From the human T2T-CHM13v2.0 reference genome, Homo sapiens: a DNA stretch of 64,000 nucleotides. The position numbers were made by a program, and so were the translations under genes. Of the stretch, positions 25,626 to 40,740 are shown piece after piece; position 1 is the first letter of the stretch, and every line of letters starts with the position of its first letter. The notes beneath the pieces are model-generated. The model did no database searches. It saw only the letters and a list, made by a program, of their open reading frames with translations, and was not told the origin of the DNA. The stretch lies in NCBI RefSeq assembly GCF_009914755.1, contig NC_060933.1, one strand, 5' to 3'.

Positions 25626-27036
25626 ACTTTGAAGTACTAAGTGGAGGAATGAATAGCTATTATTATGGCTAAAATTGTTATTCTTAAGCAATCTTCTTAA
25701 GGATGTCTCATGCTTAAGAAGCAGCTCCAGCGATGAGTTCTTTGGTACAGTGAGGCAAGGAAGGAAAAATACAGATTCCAACACCCACCTACCTGTCCCA
25801 TGACGTACTTCATTCATGAAATTCATGATGGAAATTTATATTTTCTTAGATTTCCCATTAGAAATATATTGGCTTCAAAGGAGGTAAAAGTCAAGATGTA
25901 ACAGAAATTTTTATTCTAATTTGTTCTGAAATACGAGTTTTCAATCATCATGATTCCTTAAATTAGAATGTATCTGCAAAAATAGATACATGCAAGCAGT
26001 TTTTTCCTAAATTTTTTTCATGTAAGAGTATGCAGCCTGCTATGTAATGTCACACATTAAAATAACATTGGCATAGAGTGGGGGTAAAATCCTTTCTCTG
26101 GAAATAAGCATATGCTATTAAAATTATATATCATTTGTAGCCAACTACTAGAAAAGACTCCACACTGAAGTGTTTCAGTTCAGGATTAATTTGGAGTATT
26201 GTGACATTGTGCTAAAAGCATAGTGCTAGGAGGCAAGACTTGGGTTCTACTTCCAGATATTTTACTAACTAAACTGGGGACTTGAATAAGGCATTTACTT
26301 CCATGAGCCTTAATTTTCTCATGTGTAAAATAGATTAACACCACATGCCTACTTGCCTGTTTCATTAGGTCCTTATGAGGCTTGAAGTTTTAATAAAAAT
26401 ATCTCTGAAAAGAGCTGTGTCAACTATAATATGAGACACAGAAATAAAGAATTAAGAAAATGTTCTTAAATGAGCTTTACATGCAAGTTCGTAATATAGC
26501 TATTTTCCAGTTTCTTTACTATATGTGTAACCCATGGAGACATGTTGGTAATTCTGTTTTTCATACAACTATCTTAATGATAAGATACTAACCTTGACCT
26601 TAATAATAAGCCAGATAAAGGAGAATCAAATATGCTTTTCATCTTATTCCTCTCCACGGTTTTTGAGAAGAGCTCAACTTCCCCAAATCATACAAACTTT
26701 GGGTGCTCTTACAAAGCTATATTTAGAGAAAGCCACCAATATTGCTCATATACTAACATAGAAAGAAAATCTAAATTAAAAAGTATTAATGTTTCATCCT
26801 CTAACTATAAAATGAGTAGATATTAATAAAAAGAACATAAACAAGAATTTTCAAAGTTAAAAATTCCCCAAACACAATTAACTGACAGGACTATAATTAA
26901 GAATACAAGAGCAGACAATATAGAAAATGGCCTTGAAAACTTGATGTGTTTGTTAAATGCAGCAAAAGTAACTCTTAGAAGCAAAGTCATAACATCATGC
27001 ATTTCATGATAAAAAATTAGAAAAAAAATAGGTGAA

Positions 27037-27202
27037 TTTTTTTTTTTTTTGAGACAAAGTCTTGCTGTGTCTCCCAGGCTGGAGTGCAGTGGCACAATTT
27101 CGGCTTACTGCAAGCTCCACCTCTTGGGTTCATGTCAGCCTCCCAAGTAGCTGGGACTACAGGCATCCGCCACCATGCCCAGCTAATTTTTTGTATATAT
27201 AC

Positions 27203-27236
<34 letters not shown>

Positions 27237-27353
27237 TAAAGACAGGGTTTCAACCTTGTTAGCCAGGATGGTCTCAATCTCCTGACCTTGTGATCCACCC
27301 ACCTCGGCCTCCCAAAGTGCTGGGATTACAGGTGTGAGCCACCGCGCCCAGCC
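27037..27353 (-). mobile_element. AluY-like, with a microsatellite in its central linker
   Basis: ctgcaagctcc and ccaggatggtctcaatctcctgacc; TSD aaaaatag(g/c)tgaat. Confidence 0.93.
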
Positions 27354-27393
27354 AAAAATAGCTGAATATTTTAAGGGATTAAAAAAAAAAGCC

Positions 27394-27580
27394 TGTCTTA
27401 GTTTCTTTTGTGCTGCTATAACAGAGTATTTGAGACTGGGCAATTTATAAAAAACGGAAATGCATATGCTTATAGTTCTGGAGTCTGGGAAGTTCAATAT
27501 CAAGGTGTTGGCATCTGACAAGGGCCTTATCTTCATGCTACATCATCACATGGCAGAAGGGAAAAGAGAAGGGAGAGAGG
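27394..27580 (-). mobile_element. MST/MLT1A-type MaLR LTR fragment
   Basis: tgtcttagtttcttttgtgctgctataacagag...ttctggagtctgggaagttcaatatcaaggtg. Confidence 0.78.
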
Positions 27581-27594
27581 AAGACTGTGAGGCA

Positions 27595-29365
27595 TTGGAA
27601 CCACAAAGGACTCCAGATAGCCAAAACGATCTTGAGGAACAAGAACAAAGCTAGAGGCATCACACTTTCTGATTCAAAATATATTGCAAAGCTAAATAAG
27701 CAAAACAGTATGGCAGTGACATAAAGTTAGAGACATAGGCCAATGGAACCCAATAAAGAGCCCAGAAATAACTCCATGAATCTATGGCCAATTGACCTTT
27801 GACAAAGAAGCCAAGAAAACACAATGAAAAGATAGTCTTTGAACAAATGGTCCTGGAAAAACTGGATATCCACATGTGAAAAATATGAGATTGGACCTTT
27901 ATGTTGCATGATCCACAAAAATCAACTCAAAATGGATTAAAGATTTAAATGTAAGAACTGAAATGGCAAAACTTTTAGAAAAAACACGGAAAAGCTTCAT
28001 CACATGGGTCTTGGTATAACACCAAAAGCACAGGGAACATAAGCCAAAGTAGAAAAGTGAAACTGGCCAAGCGCGGTGGCTCACGCCTGTAATCCCAGCA
28101 CTTTGGGAGGCTGAGGCGGGCGGATCACGAGGCCAGGAAATGGAGAACATCCTGGCTAATACAGTGAAACCCCGTCTCTACTAAAAATACAAAAAGAAAT
28201 TAGCTGGGCGTAGTGGCGGGCGCCTGTAGTCCCAGCTGCTCAGGAGGCTGAGGCAGGAGAATGGCGTGAACCCGGGAGGCAGAGCTTGCAGCGAGCAGAG
28301 ATCGCGCCACTGCACTCCAGCCTGGACTACAGAGCGAGACTCCATCTCAAAAAAAAAAAAGAAAAAAGAAAAGTGAAACTATATCAAACTAAAAATCTTC
28401 TGCACTGCAAAGAAAACAATCTACAGAGCAAAAAAGCAACCTACAGAATGGAAGAACATATTTGCAAACCATGTATCTGATAAGAAACTCATGCAACTCA
28501 GTAGCAAGAAAACCAAATAACTCAATTTGAAAATGGCCAAAGGAGTTGAATAGACATTTCTCCAAAGAAGACATAAATGGCCAACATACATATGAAAACA
28601 TTCTCAACATCGCTTAATCATCTGGAAAATGCAAATCAAAACCACAGTGAGAGATTACTTCATAGACATTAGGATGGCTATTGTCAAAAAACAAAAGATA
28701 ACAAGTGTTAGCAAGGATAAAATTGTGCAGCTATTATAGAAAACACTGTGGAGTTTCCTCAAAACATTAAAAATGTAATAGAACTGCCATTTGATCCAAT
28801 AATGCTACTTTCGAATATTTATCAAAAAATTGAAATCATGATGTTGAGAAGATATTTATATTCTCATGTTCATCGCAGTATTATTCACAATAGTCAAGAA
28901 GGGAAAACAAACTAAATGCCTATTGACAGATGAATGAATAAAGAAAATGTAGTATATGCACACAATGGAATATTGTTCAGCCTTAAAAAGGAAGAAAATC
29001 CTGCCATAAGCAACATCATGGATGAACCTTAAGGATATTATGTTAAGTGAAATAAGCCAGTCATAGAAGGACAAATACTGCATGATGACACTTATTAATA
29101 CATGCAGTATCTAAATTAGTTAAACTCATAGAAGTAGAAAGTAGAATAGTGATTTCCAGGAGCTGAGGGAGGGGGCAAATGGGAAGTTCCTGTTAAATGG
29201 GAATAAGTTTTCAGTTACACAAGATGAATAATTTCTATAGGCATGTACAAATGTATTAATATCTAGAGATCTGTTGTACAACATTGTGCCCATAGCTAAT
29301 AATATTGTTTTATACACTTAAAATTTAAGAGGGTAGGTCTCATTTTAAGTATTCTTGCCACAATA
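27595..29365 (+). mobile_element. L1M (MA/MB-type) ORF2 C-terminus and 3'UTR, interrupted by an AluY
   Basis: gaacaagaacaaagctagaggcatcacactttctgattc (KNKAGGITLPDF region) through to the 3'UTR. Confidence 0.9.
28065..28366 (+). mobile_element. AluY
   Basis: gagaatggcgtgaacccgggaggcagagcttgcag; TSD agaaaagtgaaact at 28051-28064 and 28367-28380. Confidence 0.96.
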
Positions 29366-29559
29366 ATATACATATAATTTATTATATACTATTTGTATAT
29401 GATATTACGTATACTTATGGAGTGTGTGTGGACATAGATACAGACACAGATATAGTCCCATAAGGACAAGAACTTTGGTCACCATTATTCATATCCCCAG
29501 CATGTAGAAGAGTGCCTGGTACATGGGAGACAATTTGGAAACATTTTTACATAAGTTTA

Positions 29560-30960
29560 TTCGCTTCTATGAGAAAAAAGACAACCTCAACAAAAATAAG
29601 AAAATGAAAAAATAAAATTAAATAAGGATATCAGAAAATTGAACAGGAATATAATTAAAAAATAAAACCAAGATCTGAGTTGCTAAAAACTGATAAACAC
29701 CAAAAATTTAATCAAGTAAAATACAAAGAAATAAAGGTGAGAAAAAATACATAATCAAAATAGAAACTAAAGTGAGTGACTACACAGTTGTATGAGAATG
29801 AATTTCATGTAATGAATAATTTCTATTTATAAAATATGATAAAAACTGAAAAACAAATTAGAGAGAAAATCAAAGAAAGCAGAGGGATTATATACATTTA
29901 TAGATAAGTTATCTAAAATGATCAGGGAATAATGTCAATATTATATAAACCACTTCGAACATTTTAAAAAATGGTAAAACAATAAGTAAAATATTACCTA
30001 GGATCTAAATAACCTGATAACCATACTATTTTGAAAGCTACCGGCCAATTTTATTTATTAATATACATGCCAAAATGTTAAACAAAATGCAAGCAATTCA
30101 GATATTTACAAAAAAAACACACACCATGAACAAATGGAATTTGTCACAGGAATTTAAGGAATATTCAACATCAGAAAAATTATCAAAACAATTTATCACA
30201 TTAATAGTACAAATAATAAAAACCACATTTCAATAGGCACCTAAAGGTTTTCCAAGAAAACACCAGAACTTATTTAAGAGTTTTCAGCAGAAAATATAAA
30301 AATAGAAAGATATTTAATTCAACTTCAAAAAAAAGTTATTAAATCCTTACAATGTGGAAGAATACTCAACACAAATGAGTTGTCTACTTAAAATCCTGAA
30401 CTAACATTCTAAGTAATTGAGAAAACACTAGAGGTGTCCCATTAAGAACAGAAACAAAATTTAAATGCCCGTTTTCACTGTTTACTAATTAATACTGCAT
30501 TTCAGACTTACAAATGCAATGACACTTGAATAATTTTAGATATCAGGGAGGAAAAATAAAATGTCAATTTCAGGCAATATTATTGTATACCTAGAAAAAA
30601 ATTTTAAATCACCTATAAAATTATCAAAGCTATTAAAAGAGTTCAACAAAGTAATCAGTGATAAGATACTTATATAAATCCATAGTATTTCTCTGTTCCA
30701 TTTCTATATCATTAAATGTACCAGAAATTAAAATAAAAACAATTTATACCAACAACAAAAATGTAAAATAGAGATGTTTTAAAAGAATGTAAAATTTATG
30801 TTAAACTGTGAATAAAAATTCTGGAAAGGAAAGAATAAATATTATAAAGATGAAAATCCTTCATAGGTTAATCTATAAATTAAAGCAATTCAAAAGTGAA
30901 TCTTAACTATTCCTTATATAACTTGAAAAAATTATTTTTAAATTCATTTGCAGTGGAACT
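29560..30960 (+). mobile_element. Highly degenerate L1 (L1ME-like) ORF2 fragments
   Basis: caccatgaacaaatggaatttgtcacaggaatttaaggaatattcaacatcagaaaa corresponds to HHDQVGFIPGMQGWFNIRK. Confidence 0.7.
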
Positions 30961-31447
30961 TCTTTTTTAAATTGAATCAAATTAGCAATCCCTGATGCAG
31001 TTACTTCCAAAAGCCCAATAAAATTACCAAGAAAGAGAAGCCCAGAATTAAAAACAACTCACAAGACAGACATGTAGACAAGCTGGTTGCCAGAATCCAA
31101 AAGGAATTTTCACTATCTACAAGTCCTCTGGAGCTGAATTGAGAGATACAACTGGTGGCTTCCTTCTGCTTAACAACAATAATAAAATTTTTTAGAAGTC
31201 CAAACAACAGTTAAAATAAAATATAAGGACACTAGTCTCTCATTCACAATATTATCCCTGGCTCAGAAAACTAAGGTCAGGACCAACCAGATTGTTGAGT
31301 AGCCATCATTTTGTTACTATGATATTCCTTTTTTATGACTTTTCTTTCAACCTTCTCTTCTATCTACGGTCATTCAGAGAAGGCACTTCTAGGAAAATAT
31401 TGTTACAAAGGGGAAGGGTGTTTTACTATAATAAAAAAGCATAATTA

Positions 31448-31880
<433 letters not shown>

Positions 31881-32479
31881 TTGCGTAAGTGGCTGGAATG
31901 GAAATTCTCCTTCAGAAAAGGATTATAGGCAGGTGGGAAAAAAAAAAAGAAAAAGCCTTGGTAAAGCAAATTCATTTGGAGGAATACAGTCTGTCATTTA
32001 CTCCATTGGTTCAGAGTACCAGAAAACCAGAAAGAGAAAACAGAAGATAGCACCTCTGGTGAGCAGAATCATAATATATGAATGCTGGAAAAACACTAGA
32101 ATTGGGCTCAGAATTGAATACTACTAATTGTAGATCTAAGAAGGGATTTGGTATAGAAGACAGAAGAGGGAGAAGCCATGCATTTCAATTTTGTAAGTTC
32201 TCTTATAGATAATTCTCTTATTTGAAAATGAGTAAATACAACACACACACAAACATACACAACACAAGCCCTATAAAAAAGAATGCAGAAGAAGTGAGGA
32301 AGTTTATTATTCTAAAAATTAAAAGAAGAAGCAATTTTCTGTAGATAATCTTCGCAAGAGACAGAAGCCATTGTTAGAAAATTTTGTGTGATATTTTTGT
32401 TCGGGTGCAAAAATTAGATTTCCACACAAGATGATCAGAGAGCCATAAAAACAGGGAAAAAAGGAGACATGACAAAATA

Positions 32480-32930
32480 GTGGGGAATAAACTTAGATCT
32501 TATCAAAACAATTATGAAATTGACATATCCCCGTCCCTCAAATGTTGCCTGGCCCAGTTGGTTTTATGGGTGCATTTTGCCAAAATTTCAAGGAATAGAT
32601 AATTTCTAACTTACACAGGTTGTTTCAAAAATACAGAAAATGAGATAAAGCTGTCTAAATCATTTTCTAAAACTAATATAATCTAATTTTCACAACTGGA
32701 TAAGATCAGAACAAAAAATTAAACTGTTGGCCCCACTACCTCTGAAAATATAGATGCAAAATTCTAAATGGAATATTAACTGAATTCAAAATATACACTT
32801 AAAAATTACATCATGATCATATGGATTTTTCCACAGGAATTAAAATAAAATCTGTCATTGTAATTCACCATACCAAGTAATTAAATTAGAAAAATCATAT
32901 GAATATATCAATGGATTTTTTTACAGCATT
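32480..32930 (+). mobile_element. Degenerate L1 ORF2 (Z/RT-start) fragment
   Basis: cctggcccagttggttttatgggtgcattttgccaaaatttcaagg corresponds to PGPDGFTGEFYQTFK. Confidence 0.7.
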
Positions 32931-33112
32931 TGGAAGAGACTGATCTCAAGAATGACTGAGCAAAGATGTCTGAAAATTTGCTCCTTCGAAAAAGCAACAA
33001 GAACAACAACAACAAAACAAACAAACAAACAGAAAAAAATGTGAAAAATCAAACTTTTTAGAACTTTAGGGAGTAACCAAAGACTTACAACAATCCAAGG
33101 ATCATTTATTCA

Positions 33113-33435
<323 letters not shown>

Positions 33436-35184
33436 TGGCTGAACCTCAATATGAACAGTATGTTTTGTGGTGTTTCCCTTGTCCTGTTTACATTTCCCTC
33501 TCCCATGGTAGTCTTGAAAACCAATAGCCTGGCAATCATGGTAACTGTGAAAATCAGTATCCTAGCAGCACTGGAGGGTGCCAACAGGTTTGGAGCTGCC
33601 CAAAAGCCCAACTCCAGGGAATTGTTATTTGATGTGTCTAGCACTTTCCTTGGTAAACTTCATTTGCTGAACTCATCTTTATCTGACATGATTCAGAATT
33701 TGGTAAGTGAGAAGAATCTTTTCCTGAAGCATTTAGTATTCATCATTTAACATTGCAGCTGACTGTAGTATTGAGAAGAGTTGGGGCAAACAAAAAGCTG
33801 ACCAAACAACATAAAAGTAAAATCTGAGGAATGAAATGTCCATAAGGGCTTTGAAAAGCTCCAACTGAATGCTTGAAAATCCAGAAAGCTACAGGCATGT
33901 ACAGAGCAATGCCCAGGAAAGACCTAAAAACGACCTGACCTTTCACCTCCAAACCTGAACGTGAGGTTCTGTATAAGCAGGAAGTAAAGGCCAAGGTAGA
34001 GTTGTAAATTGCCTGGCTGAATGTTAAAGGGATGCGCAGCACACAGAGTCCCTCAGCAAAGGCTGGAAAAATTACTGACAAGCTATTTAAGTACTGTCCA
34101 AATAATAGCTACTTATTAAGCTATCTAAGCAGAGACTTCAGTAGTCACACACAAGACAGAATATAGGCTTTACAGAATTAGTTTAGGAAAGCCAATAAAC
34201 AACCAAACAGCAACAATGACAACAAAGAGCAACAACAAACTTGGGAGTGGGATTTGATTCCCAGAGTTAAATTATTTTAAATCCATGTACAGTTCTCAAC
34301 AAAAAATTATGAAACATTCAAAGAAAGTATGGCCTATACACAGAGAGAATAAAAGAGCAGTCAATAGAAACTATCTTGAGGAAGTTCAGGGATTGAACTT
34401 TCTAGATAAAGACTTTACATTGGTTATTGTAAATCTGTTTAAAGAATTTTTTAAAGCCATGTCTAAAGAACTAAAGGAAAGTATGAGAAAATGCCTCCCC
34501 AAAGAGAGAATATCAATAAAGAAATATGATGAATTATTTTTTAAAACAAATAGATGTGGCATATGGGGTATATGAGTAATCTCTAGGTCTTCAACTCAAT
34601 TTTTCTGTGAACCTAAAACCACTCTAAAAAGTTAATTTCATAAAAAAATAGAAATTCTGGCATTGGAAAATAAAATAACTTCAAAGAAAATTTCATTAAA
34701 GGGTCTTAACAATACATTTGAGTTAGCAGAACAAATAATCAGTGAATTTGAAGTTTCATCAATTGAGATGATCTAATCTAAGGAAATGAAAGAAAAAAGA
34801 GTGAAGAAAAATAAGTAAATCTTCAGAGACATGTGGAACACCATCAAGCATAGCAACACACACAAAATTAGTCTTAGAAAAAGAAAGAGAAAAAGAAGCA
34901 GAAAGAATATTTGGAGAAATAAAGGTCAAAAACAACAATCTAAACATCCAAGAAACTCAGCAAACTCCAAATATGATCCACTCAAAGATATCCACACCAA
35001 GACATAGCATAATCAAACTGTCAAACGTCAAAGACAAAGAGAGCATCTTTAAAACAGCAAGAGGGAAGATATCACATTCAAGATATCCTCAATAAGATTA
35101 ACAATTGATTTACCTTCAAAAACTAAGGAGAAGAGAAGGCAATGAAATGACATATTTGAAGTACTCAAAGAAAGACTGTAAACT

Positions 35185-38100
35185 GATTGCTGGTCCAAGA
35201 TGGCTAACTAGATGCAGCCAGAAGGAACATTTTCCACTGCAGGACTGTGACATCAGGAAGCTTGAGGTACTCCTAACAGATCTTCAGACAGAAGGCATTG
35301 AGAGAGAATGGAGAAAGGACACAGATGACAGGCTAAAGCCATAGAAAGCTGGGAACCCTACATAAGGTTAATATGCCCTGGAACTTGTTCCTGTCCCTCC
35401 ACAACTGCAGAAAGGGTGAGTTGAACAGGGAAGGAGCAACGCACTCTCACCATGGGCCTCTGGAATCCTGGCAGGAGGGGACCTCTTGTCCATTGCAGAC
35501 ACTTAAGTTGGCAAGAAGAGCTGCTTAGAGGAGTGGTAAAGGCAGAACTCCAGCCTGTACAGAGCTCAGAGGGTTTGGTGCAGGACTGTCTGTAGTGGAA
35601 CACAGCCAGGGACACCCATCCCCCTAGGCTTGACTTGCTCCCATAGGAGACTTTAACCCTAGGCGAGCTATTGGACCTAAACTCTGCAGGGCAGTCTTGC
35701 CAATGAGATGGGCCAATCCAACTGGTGAATCCTCCAGTCTACTGGCCTCTCCTGGGGCCCCAGCCCCACCATGTCTCTTGCAGTACAGCCTCCAGGTACC
35801 TTCTGGGGGCCCACATCATAGTTCCTGCCCTGGAAGACTGGGTCTGACCAGCAGAGACCTCCAGCAGAGCGGCCCTGCACATACACATTGCCAGCTCACC
35901 CATGCCCTCCTCCCACTGTAGCCTCCTTCTTGCCTCTTGACCTGCATGCACTCACCCACAGCCACTCCCCACATCGCTTTGCTGGCAACTATGTACACAG
36001 GCAGACCTTGCCTTACCTTCCCCACCAGCCCCACCAGAAAGCATGTACACATGCACCCTGCCCCATGCCACTGCTGCCAGCATGAGTGCACCTCACCTTC
36101 TGCCCCACCCCCATACCACCATTGTTGTCTGGGTGTTGGCAGGCATGGAGCCCACCAGCACCCCTGGCATTGGCACTCCTGCCAGCATGAAACAAGGCAA
36201 AGAAAACAATGGACCAGCCCCCACCTTGAGCAGCCACCAGCACCCATGAGAATGTGCACAGAAGGCATATACAGTCCTGAGCCCCCCAGCACCCTGCCCC
36301 GGAGCTATCACCACCACCAGTGCAAACATACACACAGTCGTTGGTGGGGTTCCTCTCCCGCTCAAGCCAGACTGCCACTGCCACTGTTACAAATGCCTAT
36401 GTAGAGGCTGGCACCCTGGCACCCACTAGCACCCTGCCACAGCTGACAAGCATGTGCCTGGCTGCACTGCTGCTAGCACATGTGAAGGAGGATGAATCCT
36501 GCTTCTGCTGCCCTACAAAGCTCTTGGCTGGCACCACCTATGGGAGCGTTGTGAGCAGCAGGCTAGGAGTACCTCCGCTTCCCCAGTGCAGCAGTTCCTA
36601 ACCTCAAGGAGCTACAGAATAAAGCCAGCGCCTGACACAAGTCCCCCAGAGTTAGAGCATGCAGTCTAGAAGTCTTGAGCTCAAACTTGGCCCCCTAAAA
36701 TCTTTCAGAAACAAAGCCAGTCAATTGAACTCACCTTATACCACAATCAAACCCTAAGGTTATCAAATAGGATACAAGAAAAAAAAAAAAAAACTCCATC
36801 TAAAGGACAGCAACTTCAAAGATTGAAGGAATATCAACCCATAAAGGTGAGAAAGAACCAGGCAAGAACTCTGACAACTCAAAAAGCCAGAGTGTCTTCT
36901 TTCCTCAAAATGACTGCATTACATCTCCAGCAAGGACTCTGAACTGGGCTGAGATGACTGAAATGACAAAAATATAATTCAAAATATGGATAGGGATGAA
37001 AATCATTGAGATGCAGGAGTATGCTGAAACCTAATCCAAGGAAGCTAAGAATCACAATAAAACAACACAGGAGCTGACAGACAAAATAGCCAGTATAGAA
37101 AAGAAGATAACTGACTTGATAGAGCTGAAAAACACACTACAAGAATTTTATAATGCAACTGCAAGTATTAACAGCAGACTAGACGAAGTTGAGGAAAGAA
37201 TCTCAGAGCTTTAAGGCAGGCTTTCTGAAATAAGACAGTCAGGCAAGAATAAAAAAAAAAAAGGAATAAACAAAACCTCCGAGAAATATGGGGTTATATT
37301 GGTGTCCCTGAAAGAGTTGGAGAGAGTGTAAGCAACCTGGAAAACATACTCCAGGATATCACCCATGAGAACTTCCCCAACTTAGCTAGAGAGGCCAATA
37401 TTCAAATTCAAGAAATCCAGAGAACCCCAGTAAGATACTCCACAAAAGTATCATTCCCAAGACACATCAGATTCTCCAAGGTTAAAATGAAGAAAAAATG
37501 TTAAAGGCAGCTAGAGATAAAGGTCAGGTCATCTACAAAGGAAAGCCCATCAGATTAACAGCAGACTTCTCAGCAGAAACCCTACAAGCCAGAAGAGATT
37601 GAGAGCCAATATTCAACATTCTTAAAGAAAAGAAATTCCAACCCCGAATTTCATATCTGGCCAAACTAAGCTTCAGAAATGAAGGAGAAATAAGACCCTT
37701 TTCAGACAAGCAAATGCTGAGGAATTTCATTACCATGAGATCTGCCTTACAAGAGCTTTGGAAGGAAGTGCTAAACATGGAAAGGAAAGATTGTTACCAG
37801 CCACTACAAAAACACACTTAAGTACATAGACTAGTGACACTATAAAGCAACCACACAAACAAGTCTGCATAATAGCTAGCTAACATCATGATGACAGGAT
37901 CAAATCCACACGTCAGTACTAACCTTGAGTGTAAAGGGGCTAAATGCCCCAGTTAAAAGGCACATAGTAACAAGCTGGATAAGGAACCAAGGCCCATTGG
38001 TATGCTGTCTTTGAGAAAACCATCTCACAAGCAATGACACCCATAGGCTCAAAACAAATAGAGAAAAATCTACCAAGCAAATGGAAAACAGAAAAAGGAG

Positions 38101-40740
38101 GGTTTTCAATCCTTCTTTTTCACACAAAACAGAATTTAAACCAACAAAGATCAAAAAAGACAAAGAAGGATATTACATAATGGTAAAGGGTTCAATTCAA
38201 TGAGAAGACTTAACTGTCTTAATATACATGCACCCAACCCAGGAGTATTCAGATTCATAAAGCAAGTCCTTAGAGACCTTCAAAGAGACCTAGACTCCCA
38301 CACAATAATAATGGGAGACCATCACTCCACTGACAGTATTAGACAGATCATTGAGGCAGAAAATTAACAAAGACATTCAAGACCTGAATTCAACATTGGA
38401 CCAAATGGATCTCATAGACCTTTACAGAACTCTCCACCCCAAAACAGCAGAATATACATTTTTCTCATCTGCATATGGCACATACTCTAAAATTGACCAC
38501 ACGCTGGGACATAAAACACTCCTCAGCAAATGCAAAAGAACTAAAATTATACCACTCTCTCAGACCAGAGTGCAATAAAAATAGAAATCAAGACTAAAAA
38601 AATCACTCAAAACCATACAACTACATAGAAATTAAACAACGGGCTCCGGAATGACTTTGGGGTAAATAAATGAAATTAAGACAGAAATCAAGAAGTTCTT
38701 TGAAACAAATGAAAACAAAGATACAATATACCAGAATCTCTGGGACACAGCCAAGGTAGTGGTAAGAGGGAAATTTATAGCACTAAATGCTCACACCGAA
38801 AAGTTAGAAAGATGTCAAATCAACAACCTAACATCACAACTAAAAGAACTAGAGAAGCAAGAGCAAACCAACCCCAAAGCTAAAAGAAGACAAGAAATAA
38901 CCAAAATCAGAGCTGAAGTGAAAGAGATTGAGACACAAAAAATCATTCAGAAGGTCAATGAATCCAGGAGCTGGTTTTTTGAAAAAATAATAAGATAGGT
39001 AGACCACTCCCTAGAATATATTAGAGAAGAGAGAAGATACAAATAATAAACACAATTAGAAATGACAAAGGGAATATTACCAGTGACCCCACAGAAATAC
39101 AAATAACCATCAGAGACGCCTATGAACACCTCTATGCACACAAACTACAAAACATAGAAGAGATGGATAAATTCCTAGACACATACACCCTCCCAAGATT
39201 GAACCAGAAATAAATTGAATCCCTGAACAGACCAATAATGAGCTCCAAAATTGAACTGCCAAGGCAATCTTAAGCAAAAAGAACAAAGCGGAAGGCATCA
39301 TGTTATCTGACTTCAAACTATACTCCAGGGCTATAGTAACCAACGCAGTGTGGTACTGGTACAAAAACAGACACATAGACCAATGGAACAGAATAGAGAG
39401 CCCAGAAATAAGGTCATACACCTACAGTCTCTGATCCTCAACAAAGCTGACAAAAACAAGCAATAAGGAAAGAACTACCCATTCAATATATGGTGCTGGG
39501 ATAACTGGCTAGACATATGCAGAAGACTAAAATCGGATCCCTTCCATAAACCATGTACAAAAATCAACTCAAAATAGATTAAAGACTTAAATGTAAAACT
39601 GAAAACTATAAAAACCCTGGAAGACAACCTAGGCAGTACCATTCTGGACACAGGAATGGGCAAAGATTTAATGACAAAAATGCTAAAAGCAATCATAAGA
39701 AAAGCAAAAATTGACAAATGGGATATAATTAAACTTAAGAGCTTCTGCACCGCAAAAGAAACTATCAACTGAGTAAACAGACAACCTACTGAATGGGAGA
39801 AAATATTTGCAAACTATGCACCTGACAGAGATCTAATATCCAGCATCTATAAGGATCTTAAGCAAATTTGCAAGAAAAAAACAACCCCATTAAAAAGTGG
39901 GCAAAGTACATGAACAGACACTTTTCAAAAGGAGACACAAATGTGGCCAACAAGCATGTGAAAAAATGCTAAAAATCAAAACCACAATGAGATACCATCT
40001 CACACCAGTCAGAATGACTATTACTAAAAAGTCAAAGAATAACAGATGCTGTTGAGGTTGTGGAGAAAAGGGCACTCTTATACATTGTTGGTAGAAGTGA
40101 AAATTAGTTCAACCATTGTTGAAAGCACTATGGTGATTTCTCAAACAGCTAAAAACAGAACTACCATTCAACCCAGCAACCCCATTACTGAGTATACACC
40201 CCAAAAAATTATAAATCATCCTACCATAAATACATATGCACATGTATGTTCATGACAGCACTATTCACAATAGCCGAGACATAGAATCCACCTAAAGGCC
40301 CATCGATTGTAGACTGGATAAAGAAAATGTGGTATATATACACCATGGAATACTACAGCTGTAAAAAAGAACAAAAACATGTCCCTTGCAGGAACATGGA
40401 TAGAGCCGGAGGCCATTATCCTTAGCAAACTACTGCAGGAACAGAAAACCAAATACCACATATTCTCATTTATAAGTGGGAGCTAAATTATGAGAACACA
40501 TGAATACAAAGATGGGAACAACAGACTCTGGGGCCTACTAGAGGGTGCAGGGCAGAAGGGAAAAGAGCAGAAAAAATATCTATTGGGTACTAGGCATTGT
40601 ACCTGGGTGATTAAATAATCTGTACATCAAACCCCTGTGAAATGAGTGTACCTATGTTACAAACTTGTACATGTAACTCTGCACACAGGTTCAAACCTGC
40701 ACATAGTTCACTAAAATAAATTTTAATAAATAAATAAAAT
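35185..40740 (+). mobile_element. Near-full-length LINE-1 (L1PA15/16 or L1PREC2 type), inactive, with an internal deletion of the RT domain
   Basis: ccaagatggctaactagatgcagcc 5' end; ~1.6-kb GC-rich 5'UTR; ORF1 at ~36.8-37.8 kb; ORF2 fragments ([37 protein letters not shown]); 3'UTR and A-rich tail; many stops and frameshifts. Confidence 0.93.

Noticed and set aside
35358-36601. Cluster of overlapping ORFs up to 158 aa on both strands
   Set aside because: They lie in the GC-rich, internally repetitive L1 5'UTR, where stop codons are rare for compositional reasons; no recognisable domain.
38351-38998. L1 ORF2 fragments as active coding sequence
   Set aside because: The surrounding frame has many stops and frameshifts, and the RT domain is deleted.
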